From Entomortierella parvispora E1425 (taxonomy: Eukaryota > Fungi > Mortierellomycota), in the NCBI GenBank assembly GCA_020891255.1, contig BQFW01000010.1:248001-312000 (forward strand): 64,000 nucleotides of DNA. Reading direction: 5' to 3'. The translations under genes were made by a program, and so were the position numbers. Positions 10,569 to 21,683 of the stretch are shown in pieces (within the stretch, counting starts at the first letter, position 1; each line of letters begins with the position of its first letter). Below the pieces are notes generated by a model, which made no database searches, was not told the origin of the DNA, and worked only from the letters and a program-made list of their open reading frames with translations.

Positions 10569-12787
10569 TTATTGCAGCCCGAATCTATGAGGACTAGACG
10601 CACTGTCCAGGAGTATAGTGGGCGGGTCTGATTGTGCCATCATATGCAGCGCCAGGTTAAGCGTGTGTTTGGGTGACGATCCTTGACTGCAAAATTCGAA
10701 CAAAAATCAGTAAAGAGTGGGTTAGTCCCCATCTGACATTCTGCATGTCCAAATTCTGCTAGAAACAGGTGTAGTTACCTAACAGGACGCATGTCCCATT
10801 CGATCATCTTGTCGTAGATCTCGTCCACGTCCATCCAGACTCCCGGTAATGATGACTCGTCCACACTTTCTTCCCGACCAATACCTCCCTCAGAGACAGG
10901 CACAAACCTCAGCTCTCTGGCTCTCGTCAGCACTGCCAACGCGCTCTCACCCCAGGTCTGCCGACGATTGCCCACGGACGCTTTGGATCCACCGGGCCTC
11001 TTCATCAGAACACAGCTTGGAGACGCTGCAGAGACTAGAGATGCTTGACCACAGAGTCGTGGAGATGAAGGTGATGGTGGTCTCCAAAGGTCGCTTCCAA
11101 AATCAAAAATCCTAACAACACCATCATCTGCTCCAGTGACCAACATGCTGCAATCTGCATCGATCGCATTGACATTTGTAGGGTGGATCAACGATACTGG
11201 TGCTGGAGATCCATCTACTCCTTGTTCCCGATAGCCATCCGAATCTGGAGACTTTTCTACTAGAGAGGGAGCATGGCGTTCCCTGAATACAATCTTGACC
11301 GTCTGCAAGTATGAGGAAAGAAAGAAAGAAAGGGAAAAAAAAAAAAAAGTCAGTGATAGGCTCATTCGATCTCGTCGAAACATGGAGGGACATTCGACGG
11401 TTACAATCTCAAATACCTTATCACCAGAGCCGGTGAGCAACATGTTGTCCTGAAGTGTCAGGCATCGAATGCCACCATTATGACCTCCATATTGTCGAAG
11501 CAGAATAGGTTTCGTACCCCAGCTAAAGATTCTGACTTTGCCATCCTTTGATCCTGTAAAAATGACTCGTTTTGACTTGTCCACCTTCATGCACGAAAAG
11601 TCTTCCACGTTAGCATCGGCCAAACTGGTGATCAGCTCTCCAGTGTTGCGATCCCAAGTGTAGTACATGGCGCCGATGGTGGCTTCGATCGTCTTTTGAT
11701 TGAGAGTGACGGCCGTGCAAAGCTGAGGCGTGGCTCCCTGAAAAGTCCTGAGGACAGAGTAGTTGCCAATAGAAATGATCTTGACCACGCCGCTCACTGC
11801 GCCGATCGCCAAGTTCATGTCCTGGTCCAGATCCATGCACATGACCTGCTCGCCCAGATCAATGATCTTGATCGCCTTGAGGTAGGGAGCATTCTGCACC
11901 TGTCGCCACACGATGACCGTGCTGTCCTAGAAACAAAAAAGACAAACAACAGCGGGCTTAGAAAACAAATCGTCCATGATCGGATGCAAACAAACAGAAC
12001 GAAAAACGATCTCTGGAAAGATATCCAGCACCTGGCCACTTACCCACGATCCGCTGAGGAGATAGTCGCCCTGGACCGCCAGGCTCGAGACGCCCATCAT
12101 GTGCTGCTTCAGCGTCCGCAAGCACTTACCGGTGAGGGTGCACCACACCCGCATATGGCCTAGCCGGTCTCCCGTCACGACCCGACTGCCCTGGCGAAGC
12201 ACCTTGACACACAAGACCGCTTCCTCATGCCCTCGCAGTTCTCGAATCTGAGGTCGACCCGCAATCCATTCCCTCTGCAACAGCATGGACGTTTCAAAAA
12301 AGTCTCTCCAACTCTCCACCTGTCCTCGGGACAGTCTGGCAGAGGCAAAGGGGATACCCTGGCTAAACTTTTGGCTATTGCTGAGATTATTGTTGCTGGT
12401 GGGCTGATCGCCATTGGGGTCATTCAATTGATTGCTCTCAGTGATGCGCTGCTGGCTTTGAATGAGGGCCCGAGTCAACCCGGGCCGGGTGTCCAGAACT
12501 TGGTCCATGGGTATATACTGCGAGGGGGTTTTGGCAGTGGAGGAGGAAGAGGAGGGAGGGAGGGTGATGGTCTTGGGGAGGAAGCCATGGTGGCGACAGA
12601 GCTTGTACCAGAGAACGCCACCCTGCTGGAAGGTGAGGGCTCGCCAGTAACGACTGGCACGAGCCATGGCGGTCAGGGCCCTGTACGAGAGTCGAGAGAG
12701 GACGAGGAATGCAAGCTCTAGAGGGAGCTGCGAGAGTCTGTCATGGAGAGTGACCCGTCCTCTTGTGGACAAGGAAGCAGCAGCCAT
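10569..12787 (-). CDS. F-box/WD40 protein with C-terminal HARE-HTH-like domain (4 exons: 12787-12044, 11926-11417, 11302-10779, 10686-10569)
   Basis: F-box LSQLPLELAFLVLSRL..W; WD40 repeats (GHEEAVLCV, SGSW|DSTVIVW, GHNGGIRCL, TGSGDK|TVKI, TGADDGVVRIFD). GT-AG introns 11927-12043, 11303-11416 and 10687-10778 all restore the frame. Confidence 0.85.
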
Positions 12788-13092
12788 GAGCGAGGATAGG
12801 GAAGAGAGAGGAAGGAAGAGGAATGAAGAAGAAGGGGATGAAGCAAGCGAGTGCATGCATTCTCTCTCTCTCTGTCTGTCACCTCGAGAAAAGAGACCAA
12901 GCGCAGCCATTGCCGCCCCTTAACCGCTCCCTTTTGGTGGCAAACTGCATGCATTTATTTTCTTTATTTTCTTATCAGATTGTTTCTTTTTCAATCTCCT
13001 CCGTCGGGTCTGCTCTCTGTGGTCTCCTCGCCCTGCCACTCATTCTAGGGTCCTTCCCCGCTGCTTTATCTGTTTTATCTGTTTCATCTGTT

Positions 13093-14964
13093 TTATCGCA
13101 CAAGAGTGATCCTGCCCAGGGTCACCATCCGCAGACTTTCAGATTGCGACATGATAAACAAAAACAACTTGTGCCGAGCTTCTGCATCAAGAGGCTTGTA
13201 GTCTTCGTTCAACTTCCATGGCTCGATCAACTCTTCAAACTGTTGCCATGGGGCTCTCTCTGCATCACTGAACCCGATCAACTCTCCCTCATCCACCGAG
13301 TCTTCCTCTAGCACAAACGTTTGAAGTCTCTTGCAGACCCAGTCCGGGGTCACGGTGGTCACCGCGACCATGGCTGCACTGTGGGGATCCATGCTCTCGG
13401 ACTGTGGCATCCTCGGAGGATTTAAGAGCAACGTACGAGCGCCTTCCCAGGTCCAGAGCTGGGGCAAGTCAACAAACTTGGCCGTTTTGAGACGAGGACA
13501 GGATTGCATGATCCTTTGGATCTGTTGCATGCACTGAGAGGCTGATCCTCGATGACGGAGATGGACAGTGAGATGCTCCAACGTCGCAGCATGGACCAGA
13601 ATGCTGTCTGTGAACGATGCGTCATCGAATCCGTTTTCCAGCGTAATAATCAACGTACAAAGGGTTGATATTCTCCTTCTTGCTCCTTCTCTGCTCAAGT
13701 CGATCGGCCCCTTCCTTGGGGCCAACATCATCCCTGTATCCAACGGATGATCCTGCTGTTGGTCTCCTTGCTCCAGGTCAGCTTCTTCATCCTCCAGGGG
13801 GCGGGCGCAGTCTTCGATCAAGGATCGATATACCTCTGGCTCTGGGAAGTACCCAAAATCATGCATCATCGAATATCCTTCCTTGTACTGAAGCGCCTTC
13901 AATTTCGGACAAAATAACCTCAGCGTTTGAATCAGACCCTCCATATCCGGCTCCCTGTCGACTTCCAGCCTGATCGACTCGAGGTTGGGACACAGCCTCG
14001 GCAAGAACACTGCCGCCCTACTTTCGGTCCAGTCTAATCTCAACCCCAGCTCCTTGACCTGACTCAGGCACACACCTGCCCATGGGTCGTCTTGGAGTGG
14101 GAACTGTGAGTGATACCCTCCTGGCAGTAGCGCCGACAGTGAGGACATGGCAGCCGGTTTAGGCGAGATCTCAAACCCAGAGACAGACAGCACTCGCAAG
14201 CTCTGGAGCGTCTCCTGACACCCTGCAAGGATCTGAGCCAAGTCTTGGGTCGGCACATTCCACTCTGTCAAGCAAAGTTCCTGAAGATACGGCATAGACT
14301 TCATAGCCAGAAGCGGCTCTTCAGGGAGGTCATGCATTGGGATCCCGACGCCACCCTGTAGATGCAACTCCCGCAAGTGAGGTGCATTGGCCACCAAGAG
14401 CCGGGCCATCGTCTCTGTGGGTTTCATGTAGATGAAAAGTCCCAAAAGATTTCTCGGCATCGGTACTCGCACGCGTTGCAGAGCGGCGGTTGTCTCCTCT
14501 CCTACTACTTCCGTATATTCTTCCTTTTCTTTGTCTTCCTCGTCCTTGGAGGTAAAGATCAGACCTTGGTCTTCGGGGGCTCTGGCGTGCATGTACCGGC
14601 GAACCAGCGAAAAGTTCTTGACAAAGACCTCACGGTCCATGGTGGGGTTGCTGACTGGATCCATATCATGGTTAAAGTAGTAGTGCCAGAGATGGGGCAT
14701 GAAGACTTGGTGCCAGACTCGAGAAACACAGATGCAGCTCAGCATGATCTCGGGCTCAAACACCAAGAACCCTTCGAGTCCATTGTCGGTATCGACCCAC
14801 CGAAAGATGGGCAGTTCTCGCGCCACAAGGTCGAGGATCTCGGGATATTCCAGTGCGTGGACAGTGGTCCTGGTTTCCTTTTGTATTGACGCCGCTGAAA
14901 GCGCTGTGAGAGAGGATTCCAGTGCGTTGACAGTGGCTGTGTTTTCTTCCTGTATTGACGCCAT
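13093..14964 (-). CDS. F-box-like/LRR protein
   Basis: Intronless ORF, likely start MASIQEE at 14964. ALEYPEILDLVARELP..CICVSRVWHQVF F-box-like motif, LRR-like repeats, W.C..L near the C-terminus. Confidence 0.8.
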   Translation of the reverse strand: MASIQEENTATVNALESSLTALSAASIQKETRTTVHALEYPEILDLVARELPIFRWVDTDNGLEGFLVFEPEIMLSCICVSRVWHQVFMPHLWHYYFNHDMDPVSNPTMDREVFVKNFSLVRRYMHARAPEDQGLIFTSKDEEDKEKEEYTEVVGEETTAALQRVRVPMPRNLLGLFIYMKPTETMARLLVANAPHLRELHLQGGVGIPMHDLPEEPLLAMKSMPYLQELCLTEWNVPTQDLAQILAGCQETLQSLRVLSVSGFEISPKPAAMSSLSALLPGGYHSQFPLQDDPWAGVCLSQVKELGLRLDWTESRAAVFLPRLCPNLESIRLEVDREPDMEGLIQTLRLFCPKLKALQYKEGYSMMHDFGYFPEPEVYRSLIEDCARPLEDEEADLEQGDQQQDHPLDTGMMLAPRKGPIDLSREGARRRISTLCTLIITLENGFDDASFTDSILVHAATLEHLTVHLRHRGSASQCMQQIQRIMQSCPRLKTAKFVDLPQLWTWEGARTLLLNPPRMPQSESMDPHSAAMVAVTTVTPDWVCKRLQTFVLEEDSVDEGELIGFSDAERAPWQQFEELIEPWKLNEDYKPLDAEARHKLFLFIMSQSESLRMVTLGRITLVR

Positions 14965-15183
14965 TGCAAGGGCTGTGAAAGAGGAAAGGAGGGGATGGGT
15001 TGAAGGAGGAAACAAAGGAAGCGAAAAAAGGAAGAACAATAAAATGATTTTGCCATGCCCTTTTGCCCGCAAGGCCGCAGCCACACCAAGGGCAGTCCGT
15101 TTCTGTGAGCCCCCGCAGTAACCAAAGAGCAGGATGAACATTTGTGCGAGAAGCAGAGAATATTATTGCGAGTGTTGGCTATT

Positions 15184-18100
15184 CTAATTGTTGTCCTCTT
15201 CACTCCCTCGCTGAGGAAGGTTGGCCCGCCTCCGTCGCATGTCCTTCAGGATCGCATCCGCCATAAGCATCAGTTGGGAAAAGTCAAAGTGGAACAACTT
15301 TCCCCAGTACTTATTCTTGTACCATTCCAGAGCTGGGTAGCAAGGACTGTCGACACCATGGAAAATCCTGCTCACAACTCTAGGAGAATCAATCGCCATG
15401 CCCATACCAGTGCCTCCAGGACCACTTGCACCCGATTGTTGCGCCTGCTGCCATTGTTGGGACAGGAACACTTTGAGATCAATCTCCGCTGCAGATCGCC
15501 ACTGTCTCTGCATCTCCATGACGGTGGAGTTCTCATAAGTGTACAGTCTCAAGGTCTTATCACGAAGCTCTTTGTTGTCAGCGTCCATCCTGGGGTTTGC
15601 AAACAGCTCCTCCTCAGCATGGATACCTCCAATGCCTTCGCCAGACTGACGATCAAAGTACTCTTGGATACCACGTCGAAGCACAAGCTCGGCTTCAGTC
15701 ACTCCTTGAGATGGAGGTCGCTTGGATCTTGCGGCTGACCGCAGACGCGCCTCTACCTTGGCCTTTGCACGAGATTGAATATACGCGGGATCCACATCTT
15801 CATCGTATTCACTGCTCTCTGCACCAAGATCCTCGTCCTCTTGTTCAAAATCGTCCTCTTCGGCGACATAGAGTCCTTGCTGGAAGACTCCCTGTTCCTG
15901 CCAGGTCGGAGTTGCAACAGATCGGAAGAGCTCGTGGACTTGGTCCACCTTGGCAACACCTACACGTTCGACTGCACACATCTTCTTGTGCAGGCGATCG
16001 CTGAGGTCCTTGATAAAAATATCGTGATCATTCTCGTACTCGTCAGCGTTCCTTGAATCCTTGTGCACTCTTGCCTCTTCGTCCTCATCCACTGTGTTGC
16101 GAAGTCGACGTTGGATAATAATACGGGCTGCTGGAATACAGTCTGCTGGCTCCTTCAAGATCTGAACGCAGAGGGACGGCTCAGACATTTCAAAGACGGC
16201 CCACTTTTTGTACTTCCATCGCTGCAGTTCTTGAGTCAGCTCTGTAAACGAAATGTCCATCTGCTGACAGAGACTCATGGTGCTGCAACAGTAAGCCGCA
16301 GACAAAGTCGAGGTGTTTTTGCGCTTGTTGTTTCGCCCATAGGAGGAAGAGGCGCTGCTGGTTTGATATCCCGTCAACATGCCCTGCTTCAATATCATGT
16401 CCATCAATGGGAGTTCATCTGCCAACTGAGAAAGCGCGTCCGATTCCTTCAAAAACTTGACTGTGCACTTGGCCGAGACGGAGCCCATGACCTTGATCGA
16501 TTCGGACTCGTCTAGTTCGATATAACTCAAAAGAGTCGCCATGACCTCGCTCTTGATATCAAACTCCTGCATCGCCAAATCCTGTCGCACCACCACAATC
16601 CGGGGCTCATCCTGCTTTCCAAAATGAGTCGAGGGTGCAATTGCAACAATACTCGACGATGACATGATCAGATCTGTTGGCGAAGGTTGAGAAGACTTTG
16701 ATTTCACCGACAGTGCTCCAGCGTCGTTCCGTTTCCGTTTCTTGTTTCCAGTCTGCGAAAGATCGTCTGAGGATACATCGTCGGGACCACTGCAATCATC
16801 ATCCTGCACTCCTCTGGAACTCTTGCGTTTCTTGGCTTTAGCGGCTGCATTGAGTCTCTCTGTCAGGCTGGAGGAGGTGGTAGTCCGAGAAATAGATGCC
16901 GTTGTGCGGTGGGTGGTCCCAAGATCCTTTCTTGAGAACAGTTTCCTGACCAGCCTAAAGACCGAGCCATAATCCATCCCGTCCGCGTAAGCCCAGCTTC
17001 TCAATCGAAGGTAATCGTCCTTGACCAAAAACATATGACAAAAAGACTTCTTGCCATCACGACCCGAACGACCAATCTCCTGAATGTAGTTTTCAATGGA
17101 CTTTGGCATGCAAAAGTGGATCACACTCCGGATATTGGACTTGTTGAGACCCAGACCAAAAGCAATCGTGGCGCACAGAATTCGAATGCCTCCAGAGGAT
17201 TTTACGCCCTTCTTTTTGCCATCCTCATCCATTGCTCCTGTGGCAGCATCCTGAGAAAAGTACATGAATCGGCTCTGGATCCTTTGGCGATCCTCCGAAG
17301 ATTTACCAGCGTGGTAACTCTCTGCGCTAAAGTTTCGCACCCTCAGGAACGCCGACAGATCATCAGCCTCTTTTTTCTTCATCACGTAGATCAAGATGGA
17401 CTCCATACTTTCGAAACGAGGAGATTGCAGAAGGTTCAGGAGTGCAGTTTGGCGGTCTATTTCCAGTGAGACAGTCATGACCAAGTTCTCGCGAATCACA
17501 GGGCCGGACAAGACTCCATTCATGCGGTCAATATCCAGCATCTGACAGATGGAATCCTTTGTTCCCTCTGTAGCCGTTCCTGTCAATCCCAGCACACAAG
17601 GTGAGTTTAAATCCGTCTTCAAAACGTGGTTGAGGAGCAAGTAGGCTGGTCGGAAATTGTGAGACCATTCCGACATGCAGTGAACTTCATCCACGCAGAC
17701 GAAAGAGATTCTGGGAATAGCTCGTGTCCTCACAAGTCCAAGAAATGATGGCGTCTGCAGCTTTTCGGGCGAGATAAAGAGGATTTTGATCGTGTTGGAT
17801 GTAAGATTCTCCATAAAAGCCTTGAACTGTGCCGTCTATTTACAAAAAGAGGGGAGTAATGTTAGAGACCATATACCGAATTCGATCGCTTCTGAAGATT
17901 AATTTGAAGAGTAATTCAAAACTAAACCATAATACTTACTGTTTGCTCGATACTTGTCCAAGCTGCTCCCTTGAGTTCACGAGGCAAACACTTGACCTGA
18001 TCCTGCATTAAAGAGATCATGGGTGAAATGACGAGGGCCAGACTTGGAATTCCAAGTTTAGAAAAGATGTAAGCGGGAAGTTGGTACGAGAGCGACTTGC

Positions 18101-21100
18101 CACTTCCTACAATGGTCAACAAAACCAGCAGCTCGTTAAGATGTGGCTTTTACCATCAATATTCCAAAATCCTTGGCTCATTTTTTTCTTCTTCTTACCT
18201 GTGGGCAGGACAAGTAATGATGATTGTCCAGTGAGAACACGCTTGATAGCCTCGAACTGTCCATCTCTGAAAGCCGGATATCCCCAAACCTGGTGTAGAA
18301 CATGCTGAACGTTCACCCGGAACTCATTCGATCGCGAGTGATAGCCCTCAGCACCAACTGGATTCTCTTGCAGCTCCAGTTCCTTCACGAACTCTTCTGG
18401 ATCATTTCTGTCTCCAAATTGTTGCTGGGTATACTTGGGCGATATCGCAACCACATATGGGTCGTCTTCATCGTCCACATTTCCATACCATGGCAATCCA
18501 CTCTCACTGGGGCTCTCCAATACGATAACTTCATCTCTACCGAGCCCAGTGAGGTCCAGATTCGAGGGAATGCCGGTATCCTGCAAGTCTTTGTCGAACT
18601 CTTCACGCCATTGGTCGGGATCGAAGGCAGTTCTTCCTGTTGGTCCTGCTCCTGCTCCAAAGGCGCCTCTTTGACCAAATCGTCCTTTGCCAAAACCACC
18701 CTTTTTGAACCCTCCTCCACGCTGAAGGTTGTACGCTACAAAATTTCCATCGGGACCGCCTCCACTGTAGTTCGAACTCGGCTTTTTGGCACCCGCTCTT
18801 CCAGGCATCATCCTCCGGTCGCTTTTCACCATAGGCTTGTTGGAGTTTGCCCATCCAGAAGCCAGAGGATCGTTTGATTTAGGGCCTGCAAGATCTTTTT
18901 CCAGAGTTGCAGAACTGTCCGCCATTGCAGTTTCTTCCTCTGGTGCAACAGTGCTAGTGTCGGCTTCAATACATTCTGCAATGCCCTCCGAGATATAACC
19001 TTCCGAATTGGACACGGCAGTTGGAGCCTTTCTCCTGGATGCTCTGACGACTTTGGTGCTTTTTGCTTTCTCCGCCTTCCCCGCAGCCTTTTCCGCTCTA
19101 GTACTCGCCTTTGATTTCTCCTCCTTTTCCACGGACTTTTCAGAGGGAGCCACGGCAACTATTGACCAAACAAAAACAAAATATGAGTGACATTGTCTCC
19201 AACTCTACCAGTAGGTTCCAGCTTCAGCATATGGACGGTGAGTGACTTACTCTTATGAAGACGAGTGCTTCTCTTCTGGGTATATTTCTTCTTCGGGGCC
19301 GTGGTTGTCGTATTTGCCATGAATGGGTTATCTTCCTCCCCGCTAAATGGAGCATAGTCCACATCATATCCTAGATCGTCACCAAGCGCAGAATCTTCCT
19401 GAGAAAGACTGGCGGTCGCTGTAACCGCCTTTGATTGTGACCCTGATTCTGCTGTGGGTCTGCTGAGATCGGTATAAGTCGGTGCGTTTGGCTTGCCCTG
19501 CAAAAACTCCCTTTCAAACTGCTCGTCATCTTCCTGACTAGCCATGAACGGTGCAGGTTTTACCAGTCTTCGTCGATTATAAGAATTGAACCCTGCAGGG
19601 ACTCGCAAGAGACTGACATCAGATTGCGCACTCCCAGGGGTCGGAGGATTTGGCGTCGTTGGAGCAAAAGAGCTGCTGCCACCAGAAGGAGACAATAAAG
19701 AGGATCGCCTTGTACGTTGGGACGTAGGTGTTGTCCCTGAGATGGCTGTAAGGTATTGGAAACGATCTTCGCTCTCCTTTGTCTTCCTTCCTGGGGACAT
19801 GAATCCTGCACGGTTGATGACTTTGCGAGGAGAGACAAACTCGACCGCTTGCATGCCTGTTGGAGTCTTCATCAGAACAGGGCTTCCAGTGGGTGTTTGA
19901 CCGCCCCGCTGCTTGGTCGGTGTTCTCAAAAGAACGTCAGCTTTTGACGTTGCCCTTGTTGGAGTCCTCAAAAGGGCCTCAGTTTTTGACATGCCAGCCT
20001 TTTCCATGACAGGCGATAAAGCTCGGATTGTTCGGAAACTCATTGCTGGCGATTTGAAAGGAGAAGTTGCAGCGAAAGATGACCCTCGAGTGGGAGTGGT
20101 CGCCATTACATCTCGTGTGCGAGATCCCATAGTCGGCGTCTTGAAAACAGCATCCCTCGTCCTGGAGGGCATAGTCGGGGTTTTGAAGAGAGCGTCATCA
20201 TGGGTCCGTGACTCCTTGGTGGGGGTTCTCATAATCGCATCCCGCGTCCTAGAGGATTTGGTTGGGGTCTTTAACAGCTCTTGGGCCTTGCTTGATGATT
20301 CAAAAGATGAACTGGCTGCAGATGATCCTGCCCTCTTTTCTCCTGCTTGATACGCCTCGAACGCCTTTTTGCTCTTCTTGTAGTCCTTGTACATTTTGAC
20401 TTTTTGTGCATATGGATGAAATAAAAAATACATTAGTACAACGTTGAATTGAAAGTGATGCCACTGCAGTCCGGTCTCTTACCAAGGGAAGCGTCGCCAT
20501 TAATATCATCGACTTTAGGCTTTCTGCCCTGCGAAGCCTGGAACGAGTTCTCATAATCCTTGATCCTTTGCCGCAAGCTCTTGTAATCGTAATAACCCTT
20601 CCACTTTGATCCAGGCTCGCCCATTTCTTGAGACGGTGCAATATCGGAGTTCTGAGAGAATTTTTGGGAGAATTCATGGGAAGACATCTGAAGACTACCT
20701 GACGATTGTGTGCGAGTAAACTCTGATCGATGGGCCATGACTGTATGCTCCGGTTGATGGCTTGGTATCGTATGGTCGATCAAAGGTTGTGACATCGGGA
20801 TCCGTCTGAGAGAAAAGTTGCTCAGAGGTGAATGCATACCCCTTCCTGCCATGCTATCGTCCGCAAATGGATCCTCCTCCACTCGACGCCTTGTCTCCGA
20901 TTCATTGAAAAAGTCGGTCAGCTTTGGGGCGGATCTAGGTTTCCGTCTAGCAAGCGGCTGAGAAAAGGATGATCCTTCGGGTTCTGTTGTAGGGTGATCC
21001 AGAAAGGGGCTGTTTCCTTCGTCTATGAAATGACGCTCGACCAGCTTTCGCTGTTCCTCTCGCATCTCTGGTGTTGGGTCCAGAAAGGGACTCGCCTGAT

Positions 21101-21272
21101 CGCGGTCCGTCTCTGATACACGGGGGGACTGTCTCCAGCGTAGTCCTGCGGGCGGAGTGACCTGAGGCGGGAGTGAGGAACGACTCGAGGCCCTCCGTCT
21201 AGTACCAGGCGAGAATGGCGAGAAGGATGGCGACTTGAGGCCTCCAGGGGTTGTGTTGCCATCCCGGTCCAT
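15184..21272 (-). CDS. RECQL4: RECQL4-type ATP-dependent DNA helicase with Sld2/Drc1-like N-terminus (exons 21272-20483, 20399-19251, 19158-18199, 18106-17940, 17835-15184)
   Basis: Helicase motifs WGYPAFRDGQ, LPTG|GSGKSLSYQLP, VDEVHCMSEWSHNFRPAY, ATIAFGLGLNK, YIQEIGRSGRDG. N-terminal LRQRIKDYENSFQASQGRKPKVDDI and KKKYTQKRSTR resemble Sld2/RECQ4 N-terminal motifs. Four frame-restoring introns. Confidence 0.88.
20082..20280 (-). repeat. Coding tandem repeat of ~14-15 aa (xxKTPTxxSRTRDA) in RECQL4 exon 2
   Basis: LLKTPTKSSRTRDA / IMRTPTKESRTHDDA / LFKTPTMPSRTRDA / VFKTPTMGSRTRDV / MATTPTRG. Confidence 0.85.
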
Positions 21273-21683
21273 GCTGAGCAATGTCGCCGACAAGAGTCCG
21301 ACAGTTACAGGTGGGTGACAGGCAGAAGAGGAATGTTGGACCAAACTTGTGTCTTTCCCGAGTGGGCAGGTGGCGTGGGTATCGATGGTGAGAGAGAGGA
21401 CGGTCAAAAAGGGAAACGAATGTGAACCATGCACATGCCATTCACCGAGTTTGGTGACAGGGACGCGCTTCTCCTCTCAGCCACAACAAACAACCAAAAT
21501 CACGTGACTGATTTGTTCCCAAGGAGGATCGATGGCAAAGACGTCTTTTTGCCACCATTTTTTTTTTTTTTTTTTTTTTTTTTATCTCCTTTTCTATCTC
21601 CTCACCATCCTCTCCTCATTCCTGTCTTCCTTCCCATTCTCAACATCTCCACCACATATAACCCGTACCCCTACATACTTACG

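Noticed and set aside
14965-15141. N-terminal extensions in the ORF track (also 2260-2310, 6609-6779, 21429-21683, 34904-35155, 50217-50363, 60872-61168)
   Set aside because: They translate poly-A/T or CT-rich leaders; paralog alignment points to the downstream ATGs.
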